From assembly GCA_046590985.1 (NCBI GenBank), contig JBKJVH010000205.1:3401-67400 (forward strand): DNA of 64,000 nt, given 5' to 3'. Positions 45,243-54,860 of this stretch are shown piece by piece. Numbering within the stretch: the first letter of the stretch is position 1; every line of letters starts with the position of its first letter. The notes under the pieces were generated by a model. It had not been told where the DNA came from and did no database searches. It was given only the letters and a program-made list of their open reading frames with translations. The position numbers were made by a program, and so were the translations under genes. Origin of the DNA: Mycobacteriales bacterium. Lineage in GTDB: Bacteria; Actinomycetota; Actinomycetes; Mycobacteriales; SCTD01.

Positions 45243-47347
45243 GCGGGCTGCTGGGCCGGATCCCGCGACTTCCCCTGTACGTCGTCGGACTGGCCGCTCT
45301 GCTCCAGGTGACGCTCGCGCCACCGGTCGAGCTGATCGCCCCCGGCCTGGCCAACGGCTCGCTGTACGGCCTCACCGCCGTCGGTCTGCTGCTCATCTAC
45401 CGCAACAACCGCATCGTCAACTTTGCCGCAGCCGGCCTGGGCGCGGTGCCCGGGGTGCTCGCAGCTCTGCTCACCTCCGGACACGGGCTGCCGTTCTTCG
45501 TCGCCCTGCTGCTGGCTCTCGTCGGCGGGGCCGTCCTCGGTGGCGCCTCCGACGTGCTCGTCATCCGACGCTTCTCGAAGGCGCCCCGGCTCATCCTCAC
45601 CGTGGTCACGCTGGGTCTGGTGCAGGTCCTGGCGTTCTTCGCGATCTACGTGCCCATCTGGCTCGGCAGCAGCGCCCACCAGTCCTCGACGGTGTCCACG
45701 CCGTTCGACTCGCTGTCGCTGACGTTCCATGACCGAACCGTCCTGCGAGGGCAGCAGGTGTTCGCGGTGGCACTGGTCGCCCTGCTGACCGTGGGGCTGT
45801 CGGTCGGTCTGCGCCGCACGCGCGTCGGCGTGGGACTGCGCGCAGCTGCCGAAAACCCCGACCGTGCAGCCCTTCTCGGCGTGCCGGTGCAGCTGATCGG
45901 GACCATCGCGTGGTCGGTGGCCGGGCTCTTCGCGGGCGTCACCATCTTCCTCCGGGCGACGCTCATCGGCATCCCCTACGACGGTTCGCTGGGCTACTCC
46001 GTCCTGCTGTACGCGTTAGCGGCCGCCGTCGTCGCCCGGATGGAGAACGTCGGCGTGGCCCTGCTGGCCGGGATGGGCATCGGCGTTTTGGAGCAGGCAT
46101 CGGTGGCCCGGACCGGTTCGCCCGACCTCACCAGCGCCATCATGCTGCTCGTCATCCTGACCGCCCTGCTCTTCCAGCGCGGGACCTCCTCCCGCGCGGC
46201 CGACGCGGCTACCTCCTCCCTCGGCATCGCCGGCAAATTCCGGCCGGTACCTCCCGAGCTGCGGTCCCTGCCCGAGGTCCGTGCGGCCCGCGTCGTGCTG
46301 TCGGCCGGCGTCCTCGGCGCGGCGGTCGCCGCTCCTTTCGTCGTCGGTGAGGGCGGCATCGGATCGCTCACGCTGCTGCCCATCTTCGGCATGGTGGCCG
46401 TGTCGCTGGTGGTGCTGACCGGCTGGGCCGGCCAGATCAGCCTCGGCCACATGGCTCTGGTCGGCGTCGGGGCGGCCGTCTCCGGAGGGATCGCCGCCGA
46501 TCACGACGTCGACTTCTTCGTGGCGCTGTTCGTCGGCGCACTGGCCGGTGCGCTGGTGGCGCTGCTCATCGGGCTGCCCGCGGTGCGGGTGCAGGGCCTC
46601 TACCTGGCGGTGACCACGCTGTCGTTCGCCGGGGCCGCGCAGTACTGGCTCCTGAAGAAGGGCTACCCGGTCGCCGACGCGATCCTGCCCTCCGGGGCCG
46701 ACCCGCGGGTGCGCCGGCCGGTGCTGTGGCAGCGGATCGACCTCGCCGACGACCGCGCCTTCTACGGACTGTGCTGCGTCCTGCTCGCCGCCGTGATGCT
46801 GCTGGCGGCGAGCTTCCGGCGGAGCCGGTCCGGAAGGGTCTTCCTTGCGGTCCGGGACAACGCTCGGGCCGCACCCGCCTACGCCGTCGACGTGACCCGT
46901 ACCCGCCTGGTGGCCTTCGCCCTGTCGGGCGCGATCGCTGCAGCAGCAGGCGTTCTGCTGATCTACCAGCAGAAGGTGTTCGACGCAGACACCTACGGCC
47001 TCGCGCCCAGCGTCGAGATCTTCGTCGCCGCCGTGATCGGCGGGCTGTCGTCCCTGCCGGGGGCGGTCCTCGGAGCGGTCCTGGTCTTCGGCGTCAAGTA
47101 CTTCGGCGAGAAGTACGTCCCGCACGCCTCCTTGCTCGTGACCGGCCCCGGACTGCTGCTGGTGCTCTACGTCTTCCCGGGCGGCCTGAGCCAGTTGCTG
47201 TTCGGACTACGGGACCGTGCCCTTCGGGCCGTGGCCACCCGGCGCGGTCTTGTCGTTCCGTCGCTGCTCTCGCAGCGGCTCGAACCCGTCGCTGCCAACG
47301 ACCCCGACCTCGCTACCTCGCGGGAGCTCCAGGAAGTCGTCCTGTGA
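45239..47347 (+). CDS. ABC transporter permease, fused LivH/LivM type
   Basis: GSLYGL...VNFA, RTRVG..LRAAAENP, GWAGQISLGH, GLYLAVTTL, AVRDN. Confidence 0.9.
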   Translation: MSGLLGRIPRLPLYVVGLAALLQVTLAPPVELIAPGLANGSLYGLTAVGLLLIYRNNRIVNFAAAGLGAVPGVLAALLTSGHGLPFFVALLLALVGGAVLGGASDVLVIRRFSKAPRLILTVVTLGLVQVLAFFAIYVPIWLGSSAHQSSTVSTPFDSLSLTFHDRTVLRGQQVFAVALVALLTVGLSVGLRRTRVGVGLRAAAENPDRAALLGVPVQLIGTIAWSVAGLFAGVTIFLRATLIGIPYDGSLGYSVLLYALAAAVVARMENVGVALLAGMGIGVLEQASVARTGSPDLTSAIMLLVILTALLFQRGTSSRAADAATSSLGIAGKFRPVPPELRSLPEVRAARVVLSAGVLGAAVAAPFVVGEGGIGSLTLLPIFGMVAVSLVVLTGWAGQISLGHMALVGVGAAVSGGIAADHDVDFFVALFVGALAGALVALLIGLPAVRVQGLYLAVTTLSFAGAAQYWLLKKGYPVADAILPSGADPRVRRPVLWQRIDLADDRAFYGLCCVLLAAVMLLAASFRRSRSGRVFLAVRDNARAAPAYAVDVTRTRLVAFALSGAIAAAAGVLLIYQQKVFDADTYGLAPSVEIFVAAVIGGLSSLPGAVLGAVLVFGVKYFGEKYVPHASLLVTGPGLLLVLYVFPGGLSQLLFGLRDRALRAVATRRGLVVPSLLSQRLEPVAANDPDLATSRELQEVVL

Positions 47348-48981
47348 CCGTGCTGCTGGAGTGCCGCGCCGTCGAGGTGGCCTACGGGTCGGTGCAGATT
47401 CTGTTCGGCATCGATCTCGAGGTCGAGCGGGGCGAGATCGTTGCGCTGCTGGGGACCAACGGCGCCGGCAAGTCGACGCTGCTCAAGGCCGTCTCCGGTC
47501 TGGTGTCCCCGATGGGCGGCTCGATCACCCTCGATGGCCAGGACATCTCGCGCGCCAAGGCCGTCGCGATCGCCAAGCTGGGCGTCGTCCACGTCCCGGG
47601 CGGCAAAGCCACTTTCCCGACGCTGACCGTCGCCGAGCACTTCACCGTCGGTGCCTGGTTGCTCAGCAGCGACGACCGGCGCGAGGTCGCGGGACGCGTC
47701 GCGCACGTCCTGGACCGCTTCCCCAGGCTCAAGGAGCGGTGGGACAGCCTCGGGGGGAACCTCTCCGGCGGCGAGCAGCAGCAGCTCGCCCTGGCGATGG
47801 CCTTCGTGGCGCGGCCGACGCTGCTCGTCATCGACGAGCTCTCGCTGGGCCTCGCCCCGGCGATCGTCGCCCAGCTGCTGGAGATGGTGCGCGAGATCCA
47901 CGCGCTGGGCTGCACCATCATCATCGTCGAGCAGAGCCTCAACGTCGCGCTGACCCTGGCCGAGCGGGCGTACTTCCTGGAGAAGGGGGAGGTCCGCTTC
48001 TCCGGCCGGACTGCGGACCTGATGGAGCGCGGCGACATCCTCAGGTCGGTCTTCCTGGCCGGAGCCAGCGAGCAGCCGCGTCCGGCCGCCACGACGAGGG
48101 ACCGGGACGTGCCCGCCGCGGTCGAGCGGCAGCGTACGGACGAGCCGGTGCTGGAGGTGCGCCACCTGGCCAGGAGCTTCGGTGGGATCCGGGCGGTCAA
48201 CGACGTGTCCTTCACCCTGCACCGCAACGAGATCCTCGGACTCATCGGCCCGAACGGCGCCGGCAAGACGACCATCTTCGACCTCGTCTCCGGGATCGTG
48301 GCACCGGATGCCGGGCAGCTGCTGCTCGAGGGCGTCGACGTCACCAGCTGGTCGGCGCAGCGCCGGGCGGCGGCGGGCCTGGGCCGCTCGTTCCAGGACG
48401 CGAAGATCTTCCCGGGGATGACGGTCTCGGAGAACATCGCTCTCGCCCTCGAGCGCCACCTCGAGCACCGCGACCACCTCGCTGCCGCGCTGGCCCTGCC
48501 GGCGGTCGCTCGGATGGAGGACGACATCGCCTACACGGTGGGCGATCTCCTCGAAATGGTGAACCTCGGGGCCTACCGCAACACGTTCGTGTCGGAGCTG
48601 TCGACCGGCACCCGACGGATCGTCGACCTGGCCATGTCGATCGCCCACGACCCGACCGTCCTGCTGCTCGACGAGCCCTCATCGGGGGTCGCGCAGCGCG
48701 AGACCGAAGCCCTTGGACCGATGCTGCGCCGGATCCAGGCCGAGACCGGTTGCGCCCTGCTCGTCATCGAGCACGACATGCCGCTGCTCAGCACGCTGTG
48801 CGACGAGCTGCTGGCCCTCGACCTGGGAGCGGTCGTCACCCAGGGAACCCCCTCCGACGTGCTGAGGGACCCGCGGGTCGTCAACGCCTACCTCGGCGGG
48901 GACCTCGCAGCGATCAACCGGTCCGGTGCAGTGACCCGCAAGCCGGCCCGTCGGCGCCAGGCCGCGGGGGCCCGGACATGA
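47344..48981 (+). CDS. ABC transporter ATP-binding protein, fused LivF/LivG type
   Basis: Two NBDs: GTNGAGKS/LSGGEQQ/DELSLGLAP and GPNGAGKT/LSTG/DEPSSG/IEHD. Confidence 0.92.
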   Translation: MTVLLECRAVEVAYGSVQILFGIDLEVERGEIVALLGTNGAGKSTLLKAVSGLVSPMGGSITLDGQDISRAKAVAIAKLGVVHVPGGKATFPTLTVAEHFTVGAWLLSSDDRREVAGRVAHVLDRFPRLKERWDSLGGNLSGGEQQQLALAMAFVARPTLLVIDELSLGLAPAIVAQLLEMVREIHALGCTIIIVEQSLNVALTLAERAYFLEKGEVRFSGRTADLMERGDILRSVFLAGASEQPRPAATTRDRDVPAAVERQRTDEPVLEVRHLARSFGGIRAVNDVSFTLHRNEILGLIGPNGAGKTTIFDLVSGIVAPDAGQLLLEGVDVTSWSAQRRAAAGLGRSFQDAKIFPGMTVSENIALALERHLEHRDHLAAALALPAVARMEDDIAYTVGDLLEMVNLGAYRNTFVSELSTGTRRIVDLAMSIAHDPTVLLLDEPSSGVAQRETEALGPMLRRIQAETGCALLVIEHDMPLLSTLCDELLALDLGAVVTQGTPSDVLRDPRVVNAYLGGDLAAINRSGAVTRKPARRRQAAGART

Positions 48982-49895
48982 GGGCCGCCGGAGTGGCCGC
49001 CGGAGTGTCCGTCGCGCTGGCCCTCGCGCTGCCCCCCGCCTCAGCGGCCGCGGCGCAGCCCGCGCCGGTCGCTGTCGAGGGCTGGTGGCAGACCTCGGTG
49101 GCGGGCCTTCCCGGCCCGACCAACCCGCTCGTCCCGGCCGGCGGTCTCGACGTCGGCCAGGGACTGCTCGGGCCGACGGCTGTGTCCGCCCTCCGGGTTC
49201 CGGCCGCCGCGGGCGACAGTGTGCTGGTGACCCTCGCGCTGGCCGGGACGGCGACGTCCCCGACGGTCGCGGTGCGGGCTTGCCCGACGACGACCCCCTG
49301 GACTCCGGTGGCGGGCGGGGACCTGACCGCCGCCCCCACGGTCGACTGCACCACCTCGGTCGTGGGCACGGTCATCGACGGGACGGTCACCTGGTCCTTC
49401 GGGCCGAGCTTCCTCCGGGACGGGTTCCTCGACGTCGGGCTGGTGCCGGCCGAGGGCGCGCAGCCGTTCTCCGCCCCGTTTGCCCCGCCTGGGCCGACTG
49501 CCGTGGCCGTGTCCCACCCGCCCCCGCCGCCCCCGTCAGCCCAGACCGTACCGACCGCTTCGCCTCAGGAGCCGCCTACCTATGTCGCGGTGCAGCCCCC
49601 GACGACACCCCTGTCGGCACCCCTGTCGGCACCCCTGCCCGTCGCCCCTGCGCCGCCGGTCGTCGCGGCCCCGTCGGCGGCTCCCTCCGCCGCAGCGCAC
49701 CCCGTCGTCGCCGGCTCGGCCGGCCACTCCGAGGGACCTCTCCCGCGTGGTGTGGCGTGGACGCTGCTGGCCGCCCTAGTGTTGGCGACGGCCGTCACGG
49801 CGCTCCGGCAACGTGCGATCGATTCCGACGAGGCGCCCGTACGGGGGGTCGGTCGCTTCGCCCGGCCGCACCCCGAGCCGGCTCCGCGACTGTAG
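48978..49895 (+). CDS. Exported Pro-rich protein with a C-terminal membrane anchor
   Basis: Signal peptide, GWW...ACP..W...DC beta domain, Pro-rich stalk, TM helix; ATGA overlap. Confidence 0.65.
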   Translation: MRAAGVAAGVSVALALALPPASAAAAQPAPVAVEGWWQTSVAGLPGPTNPLVPAGGLDVGQGLLGPTAVSALRVPAAAGDSVLVTLALAGTATSPTVAVRACPTTTPWTPVAGGDLTAAPTVDCTTSVVGTVIDGTVTWSFGPSFLRDGFLDVGLVPAEGAQPFSAPFAPPGPTAVAVSHPPPPPPSAQTVPTASPQEPPTYVAVQPPTTPLSAPLSAPLPVAPAPPVVAAPSAAPSAAAHPVVAGSAGHSEGPLPRGVAWTLLAALVLATAVTALRQRAIDSDEAPVRGVGRFARPHPEPAPRL

Positions 49896-49905
49896 AGGAA
49901 GACCC

Positions 49906-50646
49906 ATGTGCGCACAGCCGGCCGCGGACGGCCTTGCACCTGCCACCGGTCACGGGGGGGCGTACGAGCAGATCCGTGAGGCCATCGTCGAGGGCCGCTA
50001 CGCCCCGGGACAGCGGCTGGTCGAGCAGCGGCTGGCCGGCGACCTGGTGCTGTCCCGGACCCCGGTGCGCGAGGCGCTGCTGCGGCTCGAGGCTGAGGGC
50101 CTGGTGGTGTCGGAGAAGCACCGCGGTGCCATCGTCCGGCCGGTCACCGCGCAGGAGGTGGAGGACCTGTACGCCCTCCGGACCCGGCTGGAGTCGCTCG
50201 CAGCAGAGTGCGCCGCGCGTCGGCGGACGGCCTCCGACATCATCGAGCTCGACGCGGCCGTCCTGGCCTTCGACGAGGCCATTCCGGCCGCCGTGACGGC
50301 GGGCGGGACGTTGGATCCTCAGGGGACCCGTGAGCTGACCCGCGCCAACGGGCGCTTCCACGACGGCGTCCTCGCGGCAGCCCGGAGCGACCGGCTCACG
50401 CGCGTGCTGGCGGGCTCGGTCGATGTGCCGCTGGTTTTCCAGTCGCTGCGCCGGTTCGACCGCCCGCGCCTGGAGCGGTCGGCACTGTTCCACGGGCTCA
50501 TCCGTGACGCGATCGTCGCGCAGGAGCCGGACCGGGCCGGCCGGCTCATGACCGAGCACGTCCTGCAGGGCCGGGACGCGCTCCTGGTCGGGCTGGGCGG
50601 CGAGGCCGGTGCTGCCTTGGTGTTCGACGGCTCCGCCGGGACCTAG
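49906..50646 (+). CDS. GntR (FadR/FCD) family transcriptional regulator
   Basis: IREAIVEGRYAPGQRL, SRTPVREAL, FCD-like NGRFH...FH...H. Confidence 0.92.
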   Translation: MCAQPAADGLAPATGHGGAYEQIREAIVEGRYAPGQRLVEQRLAGDLVLSRTPVREALLRLEAEGLVVSEKHRGAIVRPVTAQEVEDLYALRTRLESLAAECAARRRTASDIIELDAAVLAFDEAIPAAVTAGGTLDPQGTRELTRANGRFHDGVLAAARSDRLTRVLAGSVDVPLVFQSLRRFDRPRLERSALFHGLIRDAIVAQEPDRAGRLMTEHVLQGRDALLVGLGGEAGAALVFDGSAGT

Positions 50647-51200
50647 CTGGTCGTGGCGGAACCGGCGCGGGCCGGCTCGTGGGAGACATCCGCCGGTCCG
50701 AAGACGCGGGTCCAGGCAGCGAACTCCAGCAGGATGCCGTCGGGGTCGGTGAAGTAGATCGAGCGCACGAAGACACCAGGGTGCACGGTGTCGGTGATGC
50801 CCCACTCGCTGTCGTCATGGTTGGCGACCTCCGTGCAGTCCACGCCCGCCTCGCGCAGTCGGTCGCGGTAGGAGTCGATCAGCTCCGGCGGCACAGCGAA
50901 GGCGACGTGGTTCATCGACGCGACCGCGCTGGTCAGCTCTCCCTGATCCGGGCGCCCAGCGGGGTGCGAGATGCCGGGCACGCCGTCGGGAGCCTGGGGG
51001 AACCAGAAGAACGCGAGGCAGTCGCCGCCGCCGCAGTCGAAGAAGAAGTGCTGGCCCAGCCCGACCGGGAGCTCGATGGTCTTCACCAGAGGCATGCCGA
51101 GCACGCCGCTGTAGAAGTCCACGGTGCGCTGCATGTCGCGACAGACCAGCGCCAGGTGGTTGATCCCCCGGAGCTCAAAGGGACGGGGTGAGGTGGTCAT
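50643..51200 (-). CDS. VOC (glyoxalase) family protein
   Basis: GINHLAL, FYSGVLG, MNHVAF, SIYFTDPDGILLE. Confidence 0.9.
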   Translation of the reverse strand: MTTSPRPFELRGINHLALVCRDMQRTVDFYSGVLGMPLVKTIELPVGLGQHFFFDCGGGDCLAFFWFPQAPDGVPGISHPAGRPDQGELTSAVASMNHVAFAVPPELIDSYRDRLREAGVDCTEVANHDDSEWGITDTVHPGVFVRSIYFTDPDGILLEFAAWTRVFGPADVSHEPARAGSATTS

Positions 51201-51224
51201 CGGTTCCTTCTCGTATGCCCGGTC

Positions 51225-51299
51225 ATTGTGTGCAATATTGTCCTCTGTTGCGCAGGGTATGCCCGTTATAGGCACGAGTCCAGCGCAACTGCATACAAT
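51225..51299. promoter_or_regulatory. Two GntR/FadR-type operator boxes
   Basis: ATTGTGTGCAAT at 51225-51236 and TGCATACAAT at 51290-51299 (reverse complement ATTGTATGCA). Confidence 0.7.
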
Positions 51300-51334
51300 C
51301 CCTGCCGGCTTCCTGTCTCCCCGCAAAGGACAGC

Positions 51335-52381
51335 ATGACGATCCTCCAGAGCGCTGAGGCGCTCAGCACCGACTGGCTCGGCGAGGTCCTCGGCGCCCCG
51401 GTCACCGCCTTCACCGTCGCTCCGCTCGGGTTCGGGCAGATGGGCGACTCCTTCCGGGTCGGGCTGACCTACGCCGAGGACGCCGGCGGGCCCGAGACCG
51501 TGGTGCTCAAGGTGGCCGCGGCCGACGAGACCAGCCGCGCGACCGGCCAGGCACTGCGGATCTTCGAGGTCGAGGTGCGGTTCTACCGCGAGCTTCTCGC
51601 GCTGGTCGAAGCCTCCGTACCCGCCTGCCTGTTCGGGGAGGTGGACGTGGAGACCGGCTGGTTCACCCTGCTGCTGCAGGACATGGCTCCGGCGGTGCAG
51701 GGGGACCAGTTGCTGGGCTGCACGCCCGCCCAGGCCGAGCTGGCCCTGGTCGAGCTGGCCCGCGTGCACGCATCGGGGTGGCAGCGGCCCGAGCTCGCCG
51801 CGGTGAGCTGGCTGAACCGGACGACGCCCGAGTCGACGACCTTCACCGCGGCCCTGATCAGCGGGCTGTTCCCGGGATTCCTCGAGCGGTATGCCGACCA
51901 GCTGACCGCCAGGCAGGCCGAGATCTGCACGCGGCTGATCGACCGGCTCGAGGCCTACCTCGCGGACCGCAGCGGGCCGATGGCCCTGGTGCCCGGCGAC
52001 TACCGGCTGGACAACCTGCTGTTCGAGGGCGCCGAGGCGGTAACCGTCATCGACTGGCAGACCGCCACGTGGGCTCCTGCCATGGTCGACACCTCGTACT
52101 TCCTGGCCTGCGCGCTGGCCGACCCGGCGGAACGCGCCACCCTGGAGCATGGGCTGGTCCGCCGCTACCACGACGAGCTGGTGGCCGGGGGAGTCACGGA
52201 CTACGGCTGGGAGGCCTGCTGGCGGGACTACCGCCGGCTGTCGTTCGGCACCCTCGTCATGGCGATCGCCTCGTCCATGCTGGTGGAGCGCACCGAGCGT
52301 GGCGACCGGATGTTCCTGTGCAGCGTCGAGCGCGCCTGCGCACAGGTCGATCACCTCGACGCCCTGGAGCTGCTGCCGTGA
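51335..52381 (+). CDS. APH/choline-kinase-like phosphotransferase
   Basis: EVRFY, LLLQD, GDYRLDNLLF, IDWQ. Confidence 0.85.
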   Translation: MTILQSAEALSTDWLGEVLGAPVTAFTVAPLGFGQMGDSFRVGLTYAEDAGGPETVVLKVAAADETSRATGQALRIFEVEVRFYRELLALVEASVPACLFGEVDVETGWFTLLLQDMAPAVQGDQLLGCTPAQAELALVELARVHASGWQRPELAAVSWLNRTTPESTTFTAALISGLFPGFLERYADQLTARQAEICTRLIDRLEAYLADRSGPMALVPGDYRLDNLLFEGAEAVTVIDWQTATWAPAMVDTSYFLACALADPAERATLEHGLVRRYHDELVAGGVTDYGWEACWRDYRRLSFGTLVMAIASSMLVERTERGDRMFLCSVERACAQVDHLDALELLP

Positions 52382-53277
52382 TCGCCGACGAGGGCCTGCA
52401 CGAGCCCGGGCCGGAGCCGTTCTGGAACGAGTCGTGGTACTTCGACTTCGCCGAGGCGGACGGCTCCTTCGGGGGGTACGTCAGGATCGGCCTGAGCCCC
52501 AACCGCACGACCTGCTGGTACCTGCTCTGCCTGGTGGGCAAGGACGCTGCGACCGTCCGGATCGACGACAAGCAGCTACCACTGGGTGGGCTGGCCGTCG
52601 TCACCGATGACTACCGGTTCGACCACGAGCCGGTCGGCACCGATGGGACCTGGCGCATCCACGGGGCGGGCAGGGCCGAGAGCGCCGACCCGGTCGACCT
52701 GCTGGCCGGCAGGATCGGCACACCCGTCGACATCGCTGTCGACCTCACGTGGACCGTGGACGGGCTGCCGTTCAGCTACGACGTCACAACCAGGTACGAG
52801 ATCCCCTGCCTGGTCTCGGGCGAGGTGACGGTCGACGGCGTCCGGCACGTCGTGAGGGGCGTCGAGGGCCAGCGCGATCACTCGTGGGGGGTGCGCGACT
52901 GGAAGCAGGCGGGCTGGTGCTGGACCGCCGCCCGGCTCGGCGACGGCACCCGGCTGCACGTCACCGACGTCTGCTTCCCGACCTTCCGCTACACCACGGG
53001 CTACCTGCAGGACGGCTCCCTCGAAACGGTGACCGACGTCGCCCGCGAGGACGTGTTCGCGGCGAACGGCCTGCCGGTGAGTTCTCGGCTGGTGCTCGCG
53101 CCGTCCGGGCTGGTGGTCACGGCCACCGCCCTCGCGCACGGCCCAACGCTGCTGCACGACGAGGCCGCCGGGACCTGGCCCTTTCACCGTGCCCTCGCCG
53201 AGTTCACCAGCGACCGCGGCACCGGCGTGGGCTGGATCGAGTGGAACCGCAACGACCAGGCGGTCCCGCCCGGTTGA
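52378..53277 (+). CDS. Conserved hypothetical protein (beta-rich, partner of the phosphotransferase)
   Basis: WNESWYFDF, RYEIPC, GQRDHSWGVRDW, GWIEWN; GTGA overlap. Confidence 0.7.
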   Translation: MIADEGLHEPGPEPFWNESWYFDFAEADGSFGGYVRIGLSPNRTTCWYLLCLVGKDAATVRIDDKQLPLGGLAVVTDDYRFDHEPVGTDGTWRIHGAGRAESADPVDLLAGRIGTPVDIAVDLTWTVDGLPFSYDVTTRYEIPCLVSGEVTVDGVRHVVRGVEGQRDHSWGVRDWKQAGWCWTAARLGDGTRLHVTDVCFPTFRYTTGYLQDGSLETVTDVAREDVFAANGLPVSSRLVLAPSGLVVTATALAHGPTLLHDEAAGTWPFHRALAEFTSDRGTGVGWIEWNRNDQAVPPG

Positions 53278-53412
53278 GCCGGGCCGCACTCTCCTCAGAG
53301 CCGCCGCTCGGAAACGGACAACAGGCCGAAGGCTCTTCCCCCACTTCGGGATCGAGCCACCGCCGAGGCTCCGCGTGATGGCCGCAACCGGATTGTTCTC
53401 GTGGGCTGATGT

Positions 53413-54006
53413 CTAGGCGACCTGGACGAATGCACCGCCGCCCCAGCCCGTCGTGCCGACGACGCAGTTGCTGGTGAGGCACCGGTAGTCACCCGTGTGC
53501 TCGTAGCCCGCGATGCGAGTCCCGAGCAGGGTGCCGTTCGAGAGCTGCCAGGTCACCGTCGTGCTGGTCGAGTAGCCCAAGCCGGGGTACAGGTAGAAGG
53601 TGTAGCCGGCGTCGTAGATCGAGTTGGCTGCTGCGCCGATCCAGCCGCAGCGGGTGACAGCGTTGTCGAGCACCCAGCGTGGACCGCTGCTGGTGCGCTC
53701 GATGCGGTAGAGCCGATGCGTGAGGCAGACGTACTGAGCCGAGCCGGCGTATGCCGGGACCTCATAAGCGGTGCGCGGCGCGAAGGTGAGGGTGTTGTTG
53801 TTGCTGTTGGCCTGCATGACCGGGACGGTCACGTAGCCGGTGCGCCCTGAGGCGTAGTCGGTGTAGGCAGCCGCTGGCCCGGCCAGCGCGGTCAGGCCGA
53901 GCAGCCCGACGAGCAGCAGGGTCGCCACCCGTGCAGTGAGCCGGTGCCGAGGCGCGGTCGAGGCGGACGTGTTGATGGGCTGGGCGGGCGTGCCCTGTGC
54001 GGTCAT
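53413..54006 (-). CDS. Secreted aromatic-rich protein
   Basis: Signal peptide ending AAA; YVCLTHRLY, YTFYLYPG, four Cys. Confidence 0.75.
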   Translation of the reverse strand: MTAQGTPAQPINTSASTAPRHRLTARVATLLLVGLLGLTALAGPAAAYTDYASGRTGYVTVPVMQANSNNNTLTFAPRTAYEVPAYAGSAQYVCLTHRLYRIERTSSGPRWVLDNAVTRCGWIGAAANSIYDAGYTFYLYPGLGYSTSTTVTWQLSNGTLLGTRIAGYEHTGDYRCLTSNCVVGTTGWGGGAFVQVA

Positions 54007-54210
54007 GGCGAGTCTTCCCGCTTGTGGTCGGGGACTCGTTCCCCGCCTGCGAGCGAGCCTGATGCCCAGGGGACCTCGCGTCCGTCAGCGTCCTAACGCT
54101 CCCGTTGTTCGCGAGCGCACCATGACGGCCAGGGCATAGAGGGCCGTCGGCCGCGTCCTCGGACGTTCGGATCAACCTGGGCAGGGCGCCTCTGGCGACG
54201 CGGAGAACAG

Positions 54211-54242
54211 CGAGAGCGGGCCCCCTCGGGGACCCGCTCTCG
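54211..54242 (-). terminator. Hairpin terminator
   Basis: CGAGAGCGGG-CCCCCTCGGGGA-CCCGCTCTCG downstream of the CDS ending at 54260. Confidence 0.7.
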
Positions 54243-54259
54243 TCGTACGTCGATGGGGC

Positions 54260-54790
54260 TCAGCCGCTGTAGCAGTAGCCGTAGCGCCCCACCGACGAGT
54301 AGTAGGTCTCGTTGTTACTGAGGCTGGTCCCGGCCCTGCCGTCCAGCCAGTGCGCCACCGGGTAGTTGACGTAGGCGCTGCCATAAGGCGCGCCGTTGTA
54401 GTACCACTGGAAGGTGTCGTAGACCCGGTAGAAGTACCCGGCCGGCAGGTTCGAGAACGTGTAGGACCCGATGTCCCAGCTCTGGTCGCTCTGCACCATC
54501 GCCGGCCCGGGGAGGTAGCGCTGCCAGCCCGACGTCGAGTAGTAGAACAGCGTCGGGGCCCACACGACCGCCCAGCCGGTCTGGGTGCGCAGGTTCGGGG
54601 CGTACGCCGTCACCGCGCGATGTTGGCAGCCGGCGTCCAGCGTGGTCGTGGAGTACGACGCCTCAGCGGTCCCGCCTCCGAGCACTGCCGACATCGCTGC
54701 CGTGGCGACGGCGGTGGCCAGCAGCCGGCGCCACGGCCGGGTCTGCGCGGAACGTCCCGAAGCGTCTTCGTGTGCGTCGGTCTGCGTCAT
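54260..54790 (-). CDS. Secreted aromatic-rich protein
   Basis: GAGGAG RBS; RRLL-containing signal peptide ending AEA; YTFSNLPAGYFYRVY, C-terminal YC. Confidence 0.8.
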   Translation of the reverse strand: MTQTDAHEDASGRSAQTRPWRRLLATAVATAAMSAVLGGGTAEASYSTTTLDAGCQHRAVTAYAPNLRTQTGWAVVWAPTLFYYSTSGWQRYLPGPAMVQSDQSWDIGSYTFSNLPAGYFYRVYDTFQWYYNGAPYGSAYVNYPVAHWLDGRAGTSLSNNETYYSSVGRYGYCYSG

Positions 54791-54860
54791 GGTGGGCTCC
54801 TCGGCTCGGGTCGCCAGCTGCGACAGAACGCAGGTTGAACCCAGCCACTTCAGAACCGCT

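Noticed and set aside
52030..52050. GTGGCGGTCT half-match to the box on the minus strand
   Set aside because: Mid-CDS (IDWQTAT codons), right half absent, not upstream of a gene.
54082..54100. GTCAGCG/CTAACGC as a second SARP repeat upstream of 54006
   Set aside because: Poor identity, and the period is about 9 bp rather than 11.
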